Shown here one piece after another: positions 49,216 through 59,279 of a stretch of DNA of 64,000 bases. Under the pieces are notes generated by a model, which saw nothing but the letters and a program-made list of their open reading frames with translations, was not told the origin of the DNA and searched no databases. A program made the position numbers and the translations under genes. Each line of letters begins with the position of its first letter. The stretch's first letter is position 1. Source of the DNA: an uncultured Chloroflexia bacterium (GTDB taxonomy: Bacteria; Chloroflexota; Limnocylindria; Limnocylindrales; CSP1-4); the NCBI GenBank assembly GCA_963746845.1, contig CAVVCZ010000004.1, positions 1,312,001-1,376,000 of the forward strand. Reading direction: 5' to 3'.

Positions 49216-51263
49216 GAACCAACCGCCCGGAGCTCGGCGCCGAGGGCCACCGGCTCGGTGACCGGCAGCCGGCAGGCGAAGTCGCGGCAGACATACGCCG
49301 TCGGTCGCCCATCGATCATCGTCCGATCCGCCAGCAAGGGGATCGCGGAGCGATCCGGATCGGTGCTGATCGCGACCGCGAGGTTCGGTGGCTCGCCTTC
49401 GCGCGCCGTGGCCAGGAGCGCGCGCGTGGCCGGGTCGGCGACGTCGCCGACGATCGCGAGCTCGATGATCCCGGCGGTCTCGAGGGCCGCGCCCGAGAGC
49501 CAGTTCGCGAAGCCGGTCGGATAGCGGCCGAGGTACGCCGTGACGCTCGCGAGCGCGCGCTCCGCGGCGGCGCGGTACCGCGGCTCGCCGGTCAGAGCGC
49601 CGAGCCGGAGGAGGACACGCGTCGCCATCGAGCCGCCCGACGGCGTCGCGTTGTCCTGGGGGTCCTTCGGCCGGGTCACGAGCGTCTCGTGGTCGTCGGC
49701 GGTGTCGAAGAAGCCGCCGGCCTGGTCGACGAAGTGGTCCAGGATCGCATCCGCGAGCTCACGCGCGGCGACGAACCATCGTTCGTCGAACGTCGCGTCG
49801 TACAGGGCGAGGAGCCCGTCCGCAACGTCCGCGTAGTCTTCGAGGACGCCCTCGCCGCTCGATCGGCCGTCCTTCCACGAGCGACCGAGCCGGCCGTCCG
49901 GCCGGCGGAGACCGGCGAGGATCGCGTCGGCGGCGGCGATCGCCGCGTCGCGATAGCGCGTCGCGGCGTCGGGATCGGCGTCCGCGAGGAGCCGTGCACC
50001 ATCGGCGAACGCCCCGATCGCGAGGCCGTTCCAGGCGGCCAGCGCCTTGTCGTCGCGCGCGGGCTGGGGACGCGCCGCCCGGATGGCGAGCAGACGCGCC
50101 CGGGCATCCGCGAGGTCCGCTTCCCGCGCCGTGTTGATCGAGCCGTCCTCCCCGACGGCGGGGTGGAGCCGCGACAGGATCGTCCGGCCCTCCCAGTTCC
50201 CGGCGTCGCGAACGCCGTACGTCGTCGCGAACGCCCCGGCGTCGGGACCGAGTGCGGCGGCGATCTCGCGCGCGGTCCAGGTGAACGTCGCCCCCTCGAC
50301 CCCGTTCGTGTCCGCGTCCTGGCTCGCGGCGAAGGTCCCGTCGTCCCGTCGCAGCTCGCGGAGCAGGTACTCGAGCACGCCGATCGCGACGTCGCGGTAC
50401 CGGTCGAACCCGAAGATCGCCCAGGCCCGCAGGTAGGTCCTCGCGAGCTGGGCGTTGTCGTAGAGCATCTGCTCGAAGTGCGGCACGAGCCAGATCGGGT
50501 CGGTCGCGTAGCGATGGAAGCCGCCGCCGAGCTGGTCGTGGATCCCGCCGTCGGCCATCCGGTCGAGCGTATAGCGGACCATCGCCGCCGACGCCGGATG
50601 CCCGGTCGCGACCCGGCCCATGAGGAAGTCGAGCGTCATCGGCTGGGGGAACTTCGGCGCGCCGCCCCACGACCCGTTGAGGCTGTCGAACCGCCGGCGG
50701 AGCTCATCCTCGGCCTCGGCCAGGAGGGACTCCGTCGGCGCGGCACCGCCGACGGGGAGCTGGTTCTGGCGGACGAGCGCCTCGACGAGCTTCTTCCCGG
50801 ACGCGACGACCGCCCGCCGGTCCTCGCGCCACGCCCGGGCCGTGCCGGCGAGGACCTGGCGGAAGGCGGGCAGCCCGTGGTGGGGCTCTGGCGGGAAGTA
50901 CGTCCCGCCGTAGAACGGCTGCCCGTCCGGGGTCAGGAAGACGCTCATCGGCCAGCCGCCCCCACCGGTCAGCGCCTGGACGGCGCCCATGTAGACCTGG
51001 TCGAGGTCGGGCCGCTCCTCGCGGTCGACCTTGATCGCGACGAAGTCCCGGTTCAGGTCGGCGGCCGTGTCCGCGTCCTCGAAGCTCTCGCGCTCCATGA
51101 CGTGGCACCAGTGGCACGCCGCGTAGCCGATCGACAGGAAGATCGGCTTGTCCTCCGCCTTCGCCTTCGCCAGCGCCTCCGGTCCCCACGGGTACCAGTC
51201 GACCGGGTTGTGCGCGTGCTGGAGGAGGTACGGGCTCGTCTCGCCGGCGAGTCGGTTGGGCAT
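49212..51263 (-). CDS. Thioredoxin-domain protein, YyaL/SSP411 family
   Basis: [56 protein letters not shown]. Confidence 0.95.
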   Translation of the reverse strand: MPNRLAGETSPYLLQHAHNPVDWYPWGPEALAKAKAEDKPIFLSIGYAACHWCHVMERESFEDADTAADLNRDFVAIKVDREERPDLDQVYMGAVQALTGGGGWPMSVFLTPDGQPFYGGTYFPPEPHHGLPAFRQVLAGTARAWREDRRAVVASGKKLVEALVRQNQLPVGGAAPTESLLAEAEDELRRRFDSLNGSWGGAPKFPQPMTLDFLMGRVATGHPASAAMVRYTLDRMADGGIHDQLGGGFHRYATDPIWLVPHFEQMLYDNAQLARTYLRAWAIFGFDRYRDVAIGVLEYLLRELRRDDGTFAASQDADTNGVEGATFTWTAREIAAALGPDAGAFATTYGVRDAGNWEGRTILSRLHPAVGEDGSINTAREADLADARARLLAIRAARPQPARDDKALAAWNGLAIGAFADGARLLADADPDAATRYRDAAIAAADAILAGLRRPDGRLGRSWKDGRSSGEGVLEDYADVADGLLALYDATFDERWFVAARELADAILDHFVDQAGGFFDTADDHETLVTRPKDPQDNATPSGGSMATRVLLRLGALTGEPRYRAAAERALASVTAYLGRYPTGFANWLSGAALETAGIIELAIVGDVADPATRALLATAREGEPPNLAVAISTDPDRSAIPLLADRTMIDGRPTAYVCRDFACRLPVTEPVALGAELRAVGS

Positions 51264-51288
51264 GTGCTGATGGTAGGCGCCACGTGGC

Positions 51289-51825
51289 TCAAGCCTGCGG
51301 CCGTGCCTCCGCGCGCAGCTTCGCGAGGTAGGCGGACGCCCCTGCGTAGTCGGGCCAGGTCGATCGGCGCGGCGAGCCATACGGCGCCGGGCGCTCGGCC
51401 AGGAGGTGACCACCGGGGCCGGCAACCGCCAGACCGCGTGGTCCTGCGGCCGTCAACAGAGCGCGGTCCGCCGTGTACAACGTCGCGTCCATCACCTCTG
51501 CCAGCGCCAGGTAGACCGCGTCGTACGCGGTCAGTGCGAGACGGTCGGCCCGATCGAGCGCCAGGAGGACCAATGCCCGGTCCACCTCCACCGTCGTCAG
51601 TCCGAGCTCATCGATCCCGTGGATCGCTTCGATCACCGCGCGCGACGGGAGGTGATGGCGACGGAGCAGGCTGTTGGTGACCTCGAGCCAGAACGGCGAC
51701 GGCACGAGAATCTCGACGCGCGCGGTGCGCCACGTTCGCAGATGACTGATCACGTCGGTCGCGGCCGGCTCCTTCAGGACGAGCGAGAGAAGGACCGATG
51801 CGTCGACGACGACCCGCTCGCTCAT
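51289..51825 (-). CDS. vapC: VapC/PIN-domain toxin
   Basis: [27 protein letters not shown]; ATGA overlap with the antitoxin. Confidence 0.88.
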   Translation of the reverse strand: MSERVVVDASVLLSLVLKEPAATDVISHLRTWRTARVEILVPSPFWLEVTNSLLRRHHLPSRAVIEAIHGIDELGLTTVEVDRALVLLALDRADRLALTAYDAVYLALAEVMDATLYTADRALLTAAGPRGLAVAGPGGHLLAERPAPYGSPRRSTWPDYAGASAYLAKLRAEARPQA

Positions 51826-52163
51826 TCGTCGACCGCCGGCCGGGCCGAGCGAATCGCCTCCTCGATCTGATCCGCGCGCCGCTCGCGTTCCTGCCGGAGC
51901 CACTCGGCCTCCGTCAGGCCATCGTTCGGCGGCGGGTACTCGGCAGCGAGCCGCACGCTCAACGCCTCGAGGCGGTCCAGCGCCGCGAGCGACCGGGCGA
52001 TCCGCGCCTCCTTCTCCTCGTCGAAGCGGCGTCCGTCCTCGGGCGACACCAGCCACGCGATCGGTCGATGGTCGCGCTCGATCAGGATCCGCTCGCCGGC
52101 CGACGCCGCGTCCAGGATCTCGCCGAGGCGTTTGCGCATGTCCGTCGGCGTCACGACTCTCAT
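51822..52163 (-). CDS. Phd/YefM family antitoxin
   Basis: MRVVTPTDMRKRLGEILD...GERILIER..RPIAWLV; upstream of the PIN toxin. Confidence 0.88.
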   Translation of the reverse strand: MRVVTPTDMRKRLGEILDAASAGERILIERDHRPIAWLVSPEDGRRFDEEKEARIARSLAALDRLEALSVRLAAEYPPPNDGLTEAEWLRQERERRADQIEEAIRSARPAVDE

Positions 52164-52199
52164 GGTCGACCATGATGGTGGCCATCATGGTCACGTCAA
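52161..52199 (-). promoter_or_regulatory. Toxin-antitoxin promoter/operator
   Basis: Perfect inverted repeat GACCATGATGG-tgg-CCATCATGGTC (52168-52192) between TTGACG and CATCAT, plus palindrome CATGGTCGACCATG over the start codon. Confidence 0.75.
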
Positions 52200-52310
52200 G
52201 GTGATGCCCTGTCAGGACCAAGCCGCCCCGTAGACGGCACTCGCCGCTCCTTCAGCACGAAATCGATCCCTCACAGAGATCACAGGCCGGCCGGTGACTA
52301 CGATGGGCGC

Positions 52311-53195
52311 ATGCGTTACGGACTCTGCCTGCCCAACTTCACCACCCTCGGTTCGACCGAGGCAATCGATGCGGCAGCCGACGCCGCCGACCGCCTCGGG
52401 TTCGAGTCCGTCTGGACCACCGACCACGTGCTCGTCGACCGCGGCGGCGACTCCGCCGACTACCGGACGAACTTCGACGCGATCGAGACGCTGGCCTGGG
52501 TCGGCGCGAAGCACCCGGGTCTGGGCCTCGGGACGAGCGTCCTGGTCGTGCCGCAGCGGAACGCCGTCGTCCTCGCGAAGGAGCTGGCAACGCTCGATGC
52601 GCTGTCGAGCGGGCGGCTGACCGTCGGGGTCGGCGTCGGCTGGAACGAGAAGGAGTTCGGCAACATCGGCGTGGCCGACCAGTTCCACGTCCGGGGCGCC
52701 TACCTGGACGAGACGATCGCCCTCTGGCGGCACCTCTGGTCCGGCTCCAGCGAGCCGTTCGCGGGCCGGTTCTTCCACCTCGACGACTTCATCTTCGGCC
52801 CGCTCCCGTCGCAGCGATCGAGCCTGCCGATCTGGATCGGCGCCCGGACGGAGCCCGCCCTCGCCCGGGTCGGTCGCGTTGGCGACGGCTACCACTCGTC
52901 CGCGACGTCACCCGAGGCCTACGCGAAGCGCATCCCGACGATCCGCGAGGCGGCCCACGCCGCCGGCCGCCCGATGCCGAAGCTGACGGCCCGCGTCCGC
53001 GTCTCCTTCGACGAGCCGGCGCAGTCCGCGGAGGCTCGCCCCTACTCGATCCGCGGCAACCCCGACGAGATGCGCGCCGAGATCCAGAAGTGGGACGACC
53101 TGAACGTCGAGCTGCTCGCCCTCTGGTTCAGCGCCGAAACGCCCGACGCCCAGCTCGCCGCGATCGAGCGGTTCATGAAGGACGTCGCCGAGTAG
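52311..53195 (+). CDS. LLM class (probably F420-dependent) oxidoreductase
   Basis: GFESVWTTDH, LAKELATLD.LS.GRL..GVGVGW...EF, PIWIG. Confidence 0.9.
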   Translation: MRYGLCLPNFTTLGSTEAIDAAADAADRLGFESVWTTDHVLVDRGGDSADYRTNFDAIETLAWVGAKHPGLGLGTSVLVVPQRNAVVLAKELATLDALSSGRLTVGVGVGWNEKEFGNIGVADQFHVRGAYLDETIALWRHLWSGSSEPFAGRFFHLDDFIFGPLPSQRSSLPIWIGARTEPALARVGRVGDGYHSSATSPEAYAKRIPTIREAAHAAGRPMPKLTARVRVSFDEPAQSAEARPYSIRGNPDEMRAEIQKWDDLNVELLALWFSAETPDAQLAAIERFMKDVAE

Positions 53196-53440
53196 CGTCA
53201 TGACGCCCGGCGGATCTGGCGACACTTTCGCTCCTCGACCCCGGTCAGGGCGTCTGCCCGCAGGCCATCGGTGCAGCCCGGACGACGAGATCGGATATCG
53301 CCGCTGCTCAGGCGGCGAGTACGTCGGTCTTCCGCTGATCTGCTGGGAGACTACCCAACACGAGGTCGACTCGGCGGCGCGGGCCGGCGCCGATCCACGC
53401 ATCGTCGAATGGGCAGGGCTGTATCTCGCCGACCGCGCTT

Positions 53441-55398
53441 CTATCGCTTGAGGTCAGTCTCGTCCAATCGTCGAAAGCCGTTCTGAACGAGGTAGTCGAA
53501 CGTCTCATCGAGGACCTTCGTCGGTGGAACGAACACGACGGTGGCATCTCGCCCTCTCGTGAGCAAGACTCGATACGAGTTCAGTCGCAACTGGTAAGGA
53601 TCCCGGACCCTCGCCGCGGATTGATAGCCGCGCGCAAAGGCGTTCGACCAACGTCCGTTCTTGCGGATCAGGTCATTTCCCCAGGCGAGCAGGACTGCGT
53701 CGAGCTCCAAACCCTGGCATCCAAACTCCGTCACGCACTCACGCAGCTCGCGGCATGAGCGCGCGGACGGGCTATCCTCCCCATCGGCGAACCAGGGCCC
53801 GTACCGAACGCGCTTGGTTGACTGGAAGTCATTCGGAATGCCGAACCTGGGCAGCAGGGAGTCTTTCGAGGACGCAATCAGCCCGAATCGAGCTTCCGGG
53901 TCGCCGGCGTAGCGCTCACGGAGGTATGCCTTCGCCTCGCCGAGATCGCGGGTAATTCGGAGGTGGTAGCCGCCCGCATCCAGGCGCCGCGCCACGGCCG
54001 CGGGCTCCTGGTCATGGGGCTCCTCGAGCAGAGCCTGAACGAAGCGATGGACCTCCGTCGCGAGGTGGAAACGCAACTCCTCGGTCAGGTGTAGCCGCTC
54101 CGCGATCGAGACGCCAGCGAGCCCGTCGAAGACTGGCGCCACGTCTGGCGGAACGTGGACGGACCACTCCTGTCGGCGGCTCGAGCCCTGGACCGCTGAC
54201 CGCCATTGGCCGATGCCGGCCTCCTCTCCAACATGAATTCTTGCCCGGCACCGACGAGACCCACGACGACACACCACTCCGGGATGCGGTCCGCGAATGC
54301 GATGAAAGCTTCCGGCTCAGATCGACCTTCACCCGCGCCGCCATGCTTTCGGGCGACCTGCGCCGCGTCGAAAGCACGCTGGGCCTCATCAAAGATGAGG
54401 ACGTGTTCCGGAGGGACTAGGTCAGGCTTGCCCGAATACCGGGCAACGTAGTCCTTGACGTCTCGGACGAACGCTTTGCCGCCCCCACCGGCACCGCGAA
54501 GCTCGTATTGCAGGACCTGGATCAGCGGGCCATTTCCGGAGAGGTACACGGCCGGCGCGGACGGTTTGCCTTCGGACCGCGCGACGGCGAGGTCATCAAG
54601 GAAGCGAGCGTGGGCGAGTTGCAGACCCACGAGCGTCTTGCCGGTGCCCGGCAAGCCCGTGAGGAGAACAAGGCGTCGCGTCCTCGTCGCCGCCGCTTCT
54701 CGCACAACTGCCGCGATGTAGTCCAGCGTCGGTTGAGTCGTTTCTGCGGCATATGTGACCCGTCGGATCTGCCCGTCCTCAAGGAGCTCACGAGCGGCTT
54801 CGACGAGCGATGGGAGTGGCCGATACGCAGCCGGATCGAGGAACCGATCGACTGAAACGGGCGAGCCCGGGAATCGCAGCTGAAGCTCGGACGCAAGACC
54901 GTCAAGCGCATCTGGTCCGATCACATCAACACCTGCGTCCGACCCTTGTCTCCCGGCGCCTCTCATGAGGACGAGCCCTGACGCGACCTCGCGCTTCGCG
55001 CATTCGCTGTGATATGCGCGAAGGTCACGCGCATAGGCAGCCGCCTGATCGATATCCACGCGCTCGGCGACAGCCTTGCCTTTGAGCTCAAGCACCAGGA
55101 CTGCTCCACCCAGGAGCAACAGCACGTCGGGCCGCCGCGACTCCATCGGCAGTTGGTATTCGAGGATCGCCGAATAGCCTTCGTCGGCGACTGCGAAGCG
55201 GGCGGCGAGCTCCGCGGCTTCTCGTTGGAGCGGCGGGATTGAGTCGTCCCAGGCACGGACCTGCTGGGGGCTCGCGTCCGGGATGAACGCGACCAGCGCT
55301 TCGCTCACATCCTCGGCTGGCGCCTCGCGGAACCGACGCAACGTCGACGACCAGCCGGCGTGCTCGGATCGCTCAGGGTAGGGTCGTTCCCCCGACAC
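53441..55398 (-). CDS. DUF2075/Schlafen-group-3-like helicase with N-terminal PD-(D/E)xK-like nuclease region (frameshift near 54238)
   Basis: EYQLP..RRPDVLL..VLELK, GLPGTGKT, IFDEAQR, GQEIH.GE, CQGLELD, YRVLLTRGR. Confidence 0.85.
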
Positions 55399-55438
55399 CT
55401 CGCCAGGGTATCAACGTAACCAGCCGACGTTCGGTCGA

Positions 55439-56764
55439 CTACCTCGGCCGGGCGCTCGTCGTGATCGCGCCGGCCGAGCGGCCCTCCGGGTCGATCGCGC
55501 CGATGTCGGCCGCGGCCAGCGACACCGAGCGCACCCGGCGCTGCGACGGATGCAGCCGACGCAGCCAGACCCAGCCGCCGATCCCGCAGGCCAGGCTGAG
55601 CAACGCGCCGATCAACAGCGACAGCTGGACGCTCCACGCGGACGCGATCGCGCCCATCAGCAGCCCGCCGGCCGGCACGGAGCCCGCGAAGACCGTCGTG
55701 TAGACGCTCATCACCCGGCCCCGCAGCTGGTCGGGGACGCTCAGCTGGATCGTCGTGTTCGCCGTCACCGCCATCGCGATGCCGCCCGCGCCGGCGATGA
55801 CCATCGCGAGGAGCGACAGCGGGAAGAACGTCGAGGCGGCGAGGATGACCGATCCGAGGCCCAGGGCGATCGCCCCGGTCGCGATCACGGTCGGACTCGG
55901 GCGCCGGGTGAAGGCAACCCACAGGGCGGCGACCGTCGAGCCGAGGCCGGACGCGGCCATCAGGAAGCCGTAGCCCGACGCCCCGACGTTCAGCACCGAG
56001 TCGGCGAGCGGCGGCACGAGGATCTGGAAGTTCATGCCGAACGTTGCGACCAGGCCGACGATCGTGACGGAGAGAAGGACGATCGGGGTCGACCGGACGA
56101 AGTGGGCGCCTTCGCGAAGGCTCTCGATCACCGCGCTGGCCGACCGCGGACGAGCGATCGGCGGGGCGGGTCGGAGCTCACTGTCGCGCATCGCGACGTA
56201 CGCGACGATCACCGCGATGAAGCTGATCCCGTTGATCAGGAAGGCGATCGAGGTGCCGAACGCCCCGATCAGGAGACCGGCGGCGGCCGGCCCGAGGACC
56301 CGCGAGGCGTTGAACAGCGCGGAGTTCAACCCGACGGCGTTGGCCATGTCTTCTCGACCGACCATCTCGACGGCGAACGACTGGCGGGTCGGCATGTCGA
56401 CGGCGTTCGACACGCCAAGCAATGCGCCGAGGACCATCACCATCCAGACCTCGACGACCCCGGTCGCGGTCAGCGCGAACAAGGCGAATGCAAGAACCAT
56501 CGCGACGGTTTGGGTGACGATCAGCGTCTTTCGCTTCGGCAGCTGGTCGGCGATCACCCCACCGAACAGCCCGAAGATGATCACGGGTCCGAACTGGGCG
56601 ACCGACACGAGTCCGAGCCAGAGCGGATCGTGGGTCAGCTGCAGGACGAGCCAGCCCTGGGCGACCTGCTGCATCCACGTCCCGACGAGGGAGATGGCCT
56701 GCCCGGCGAAGAACAGCCGGTAGTTGCGGTGCCGGAATGCCCGCGCGCCCTCGAACTCCCTCAT
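55439..56764 (-). CDS. MFS transporter (DHA3/EntS-like)
   Basis: HRNYRLFFAGQAISLVGTWMQ, GVIADQLPKR, RGRVMS. Confidence 0.92.
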   Translation of the reverse strand: MREFEGARAFRHRNYRLFFAGQAISLVGTWMQQVAQGWLVLQLTHDPLWLGLVSVAQFGPVIIFGLFGGVIADQLPKRKTLIVTQTVAMVLAFALFALTATGVVEVWMVMVLGALLGVSNAVDMPTRQSFAVEMVGREDMANAVGLNSALFNASRVLGPAAAGLLIGAFGTSIAFLINGISFIAVIVAYVAMRDSELRPAPPIARPRSASAVIESLREGAHFVRSTPIVLLSVTIVGLVATFGMNFQILVPPLADSVLNVGASGYGFLMAASGLGSTVAALWVAFTRRPSPTVIATGAIALGLGSVILAASTFFPLSLLAMVIAGAGGIAMAVTANTTIQLSVPDQLRGRVMSVYTTVFAGSVPAGGLLMGAIASAWSVQLSLLIGALLSLACGIGGWVWLRRLHPSQRRVRSVSLAAADIGAIDPEGRSAGAITTSARPR

Positions 56765-57276
56765 CCGCGCCCTCGCGCGGGGCCGTCGTGCACGTGGTGG
56801 GCGGGCTCGCGGCCCGTCACGAGCTCGTCGATGTGCTCGAGCAGGTGGGCGCGACGCCGCTCGGCGTCTGTGATCATCGCGGTGAGTCGATCGGACTTCG
56901 CCTGGAGCGACTCGATCTGCCGATCGACCCGGGCCAGCGCATCGTCGACGATCGCCCGTCGCTCGGCGAGGTCCGACGTGGTCCGGAAGCGGTCGCGGTT
57001 GCGGGTCCGCGCCGCCTCGTCCTCGAGCATCCGGCTGATCTCGGCGAGGCTGAAGCCGGCTTCGTCGCGGAGGTCCTTGATGAACCGCAGCCGCTCGACG
57101 TCGTACTCGTCGTAGAGCCGATAGTCACCGTCGCTCCGCGCGGCCGGCGTCAGCAGCCCGATCTCCTCGTAATAGCGGATTGTCCGGGCCGTCAGACCAA
57201 GGGTCGCGGCAACTTCCTGGATCCGGAGGAGCTTCTCGGTCGTCAATGCGGCTGTCGGGTCGTCGAGGTGGCTCAC
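56761..57276 (-). CDS. MerR family transcriptional regulator
   Basis: IQEVA..LGLTARTIRYYEEIGLL, YRLY, GFSLAEI; ATGA overlap with the MFS gene. Confidence 0.93.
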   Translation of the reverse strand: MSHLDDPTAALTTEKLLRIQEVAATLGLTARTIRYYEEIGLLTPAARSDGDYRLYDEYDVERLRFIKDLRDEAGFSLAEISRMLEDEAARTRNRDRFRTTSDLAERRAIVDDALARVDRQIESLQAKSDRLTAMITDAERRRAHLLEHIDELVTGREPAHHVHDGPARGRG

Positions 57277-57293
57277 GGCGCTCAGGATACCCG

Positions 57294-57315
57294 ACCTTGC
57301 CGTTTACGTAAAGGT
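57294..57315. promoter_or_regulatory. MerR-type operator
   Basis: Imperfect palindrome ACCTTGCCGTTTACGTAAAGGT just upstream of the TATCCT -10 box of the merR gene. Confidence 0.7.
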
Positions 57316-57490
57316 TAGGCCGACACGATGATTGAACGGTTCTGGCCCGGCGAACGTCCTGGTTGGTGCAGGAAGGCACCGAGAACGCGGAGTGAACCTC
57401 CGACGAACGCAGGATGAATAGCTTGTTGCTATGGTCGCGGTCCGCCAACGGGTCTATCGTCGAGTGCTCAGGGCATCGATGGACGGCGTG

Positions 57491-59242
57491 ATGAAGGTTC
57501 GGCGTATCGGGCGGATCGGGCTCGTCGCCGCGGTGGCTCTGCTCCTGGTCGGGGCAGGTCCGGTCGCCGCGCGGACCGACGCGACCCGCGCTGCCCCGAA
57601 GGTCGTCCTGATCGTCGGCCCTGCGGGCGCCTCGACCCCCTACTACCGGCGTCTCGCCGACGAGACCGCGGTCGCTGCGGCGAAGCTGACTCCCAACGTC
57701 GTCAAGGTCTACTCGCCCGACGCGACGTGGGAACGGGTGCAGGCCGCGCTCGAGGGCGCCTCAGTCGTCGTGTACCTCGGTCACGGCAACGGCTGGCCGA
57801 GCATCTACCGCTCGGCCCTCTATCCGCCGACCCAGAACGGCTTCGGGCTCAACCCGCACGCCGGCGCCGCGGACTCCCACCAGTACTTCGGGGAGGACCG
57901 GATCGGCTCGGAGATCCACCTCGCGCCGAATGCGCTCGTCGTGTTCAGCCACCTCTGCTATGCGAGTGGGAACACGGAGCCGGGCCTCGCCGAGGGCACG
58001 CTCGACCAGGCCGAGCAGCGGGTCGACAACTACGCCGCGGGCTTCTTCCGGGCGGGCGCCGGGGCGGTGATCGCCGACGCGTACCTGTCCCCCTCGTACT
58101 ACGTGACGTCCGTCCTCAGCGGCCGCTCGACGGTCGACTCGATCTGGCGTCGGGCACCGAACAAGAACGACCACTTCCTGGCCTTCAACAGCGTCCGGAC
58201 GAAGGGCGCGATCGCGGAGATGGACCCGGACAGCGTGTCATCGGGGTTCCACCGCTCGCTCGTCACGAAGCCGGGACTCGCGAGCGCCGTCGTCCTCGGC
58301 GGGGCGATCCCGCGCCAGCTCGTCGTCCAGCCGGAGGTCGAGCCGTCGCTGATCGGGCTCGGCGTGACGTTCGGCGCGCCCGACCTGACCACGCCGCCGA
58401 CCGCCGGCTCGGCAACGACCCTCGTGCTCCCGATCGCCCGCGACGCGGTCGGGCTGCTCCCGTCGAAGCTGATGATCGGGACGCGCTGGGACCGCCTCGA
58501 CGCGCCATCGGGCGATCCCGTCGTGGCCCCCGGGGCCCCGGCCCCGACCCCGGCCGCCGGCACCTCCGCCGGGACGACCAACGACGACCCCGGCACGACG
58601 GCCACGACCGATGGCCAGGGTCTGGACCTCGTCGCCCCGGAGGTCCCGGGCGAGGTGGTCGCGCCGGTCCGGGCCAAGCTCGTCGCCGGCGGCGGCATCA
58701 GCGTCCCCGTCCGCGTTCCGGCCACGCCGGGTCTGTACCGGCTCGTCGCGACGCTCCACCAGTCCGACGGTCTCGCCTTCGACGCCGCGACCCAGGCGCT
58801 CCTGCCGGCGCTCGTCGTCCGGGTGACCGGTCCGAGCACCGCGGTCTATGGGGTCCCGCCGACCGCGAACGCGCGGGCCGGGCAGCCGTTCACCCTGTCG
58901 GTGGACGTGACGAACCTCGGAACCAGCGCGTGGGGCCATCCCGCGTCGGTCCCGATGATCGGCGAGGCCGAGCTCGTGCCCGCGTCGCGGGCCACGCTCG
59001 TCGCCCGCTGGATCGCGCTGACGACGGCGCTGTCGAGTGGCGATCCGGCCGGCGCCACGGCGAGCTCGATCCTGCCGGCGGGTCTCGCCCCGGGCGCAAC
59101 GACGACCGCGGCGTTCAACCTCACCGCGCCGGCGGTGCCGGGCGACTACCTGGTCGTCCTCGACGTCGTCGATCCGGTCGCCGGGTCGCTCGCCTCGCTC
59201 GGCGTTCCGCCGGGCATCGTCCGGGTGACCGTCGGGACCTGA
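57491..59242 (+). CDS. Secreted protein: putative clan-CD-like cysteine-peptidase domain plus C-terminal Ig-like domains
   Basis: Signal peptide (PVAA), VVVYLGHG and VVFSHLCYASG, Pro/Thr linker, VTNLG..W...P..PGDYLV.LDVV. Confidence 0.75.
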   Translation: MKVRRIGRIGLVAAVALLLVGAGPVAARTDATRAAPKVVLIVGPAGASTPYYRRLADETAVAAAKLTPNVVKVYSPDATWERVQAALEGASVVVYLGHGNGWPSIYRSALYPPTQNGFGLNPHAGAADSHQYFGEDRIGSEIHLAPNALVVFSHLCYASGNTEPGLAEGTLDQAEQRVDNYAAGFFRAGAGAVIADAYLSPSYYVTSVLSGRSTVDSIWRRAPNKNDHFLAFNSVRTKGAIAEMDPDSVSSGFHRSLVTKPGLASAVVLGGAIPRQLVVQPEVEPSLIGLGVTFGAPDLTTPPTAGSATTLVLPIARDAVGLLPSKLMIGTRWDRLDAPSGDPVVAPGAPAPTPAAGTSAGTTNDDPGTTATTDGQGLDLVAPEVPGEVVAPVRAKLVAGGGISVPVRVPATPGLYRLVATLHQSDGLAFDAATQALLPALVVRVTGPSTAVYGVPPTANARAGQPFTLSVDVTNLGTSAWGHPASVPMIGEAELVPASRATLVARWIALTTALSSGDPAGATASSILPAGLAPGATTTAAFNLTAPAVPGDYLVVLDVVDPVAGSLASLGVPPGIVRVTVGT

Positions 59243-59279
59243 CGCGCCCACGCGGCGGTTGCGCGGTACCCTCCGTGGC

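Noticed and set aside
53200-53451. 83-aa ORF between the LLM gene and the DUF2075 gene
   Set aside because: No RBS, recognisable motif or codon bias; possibly a gene remnant.
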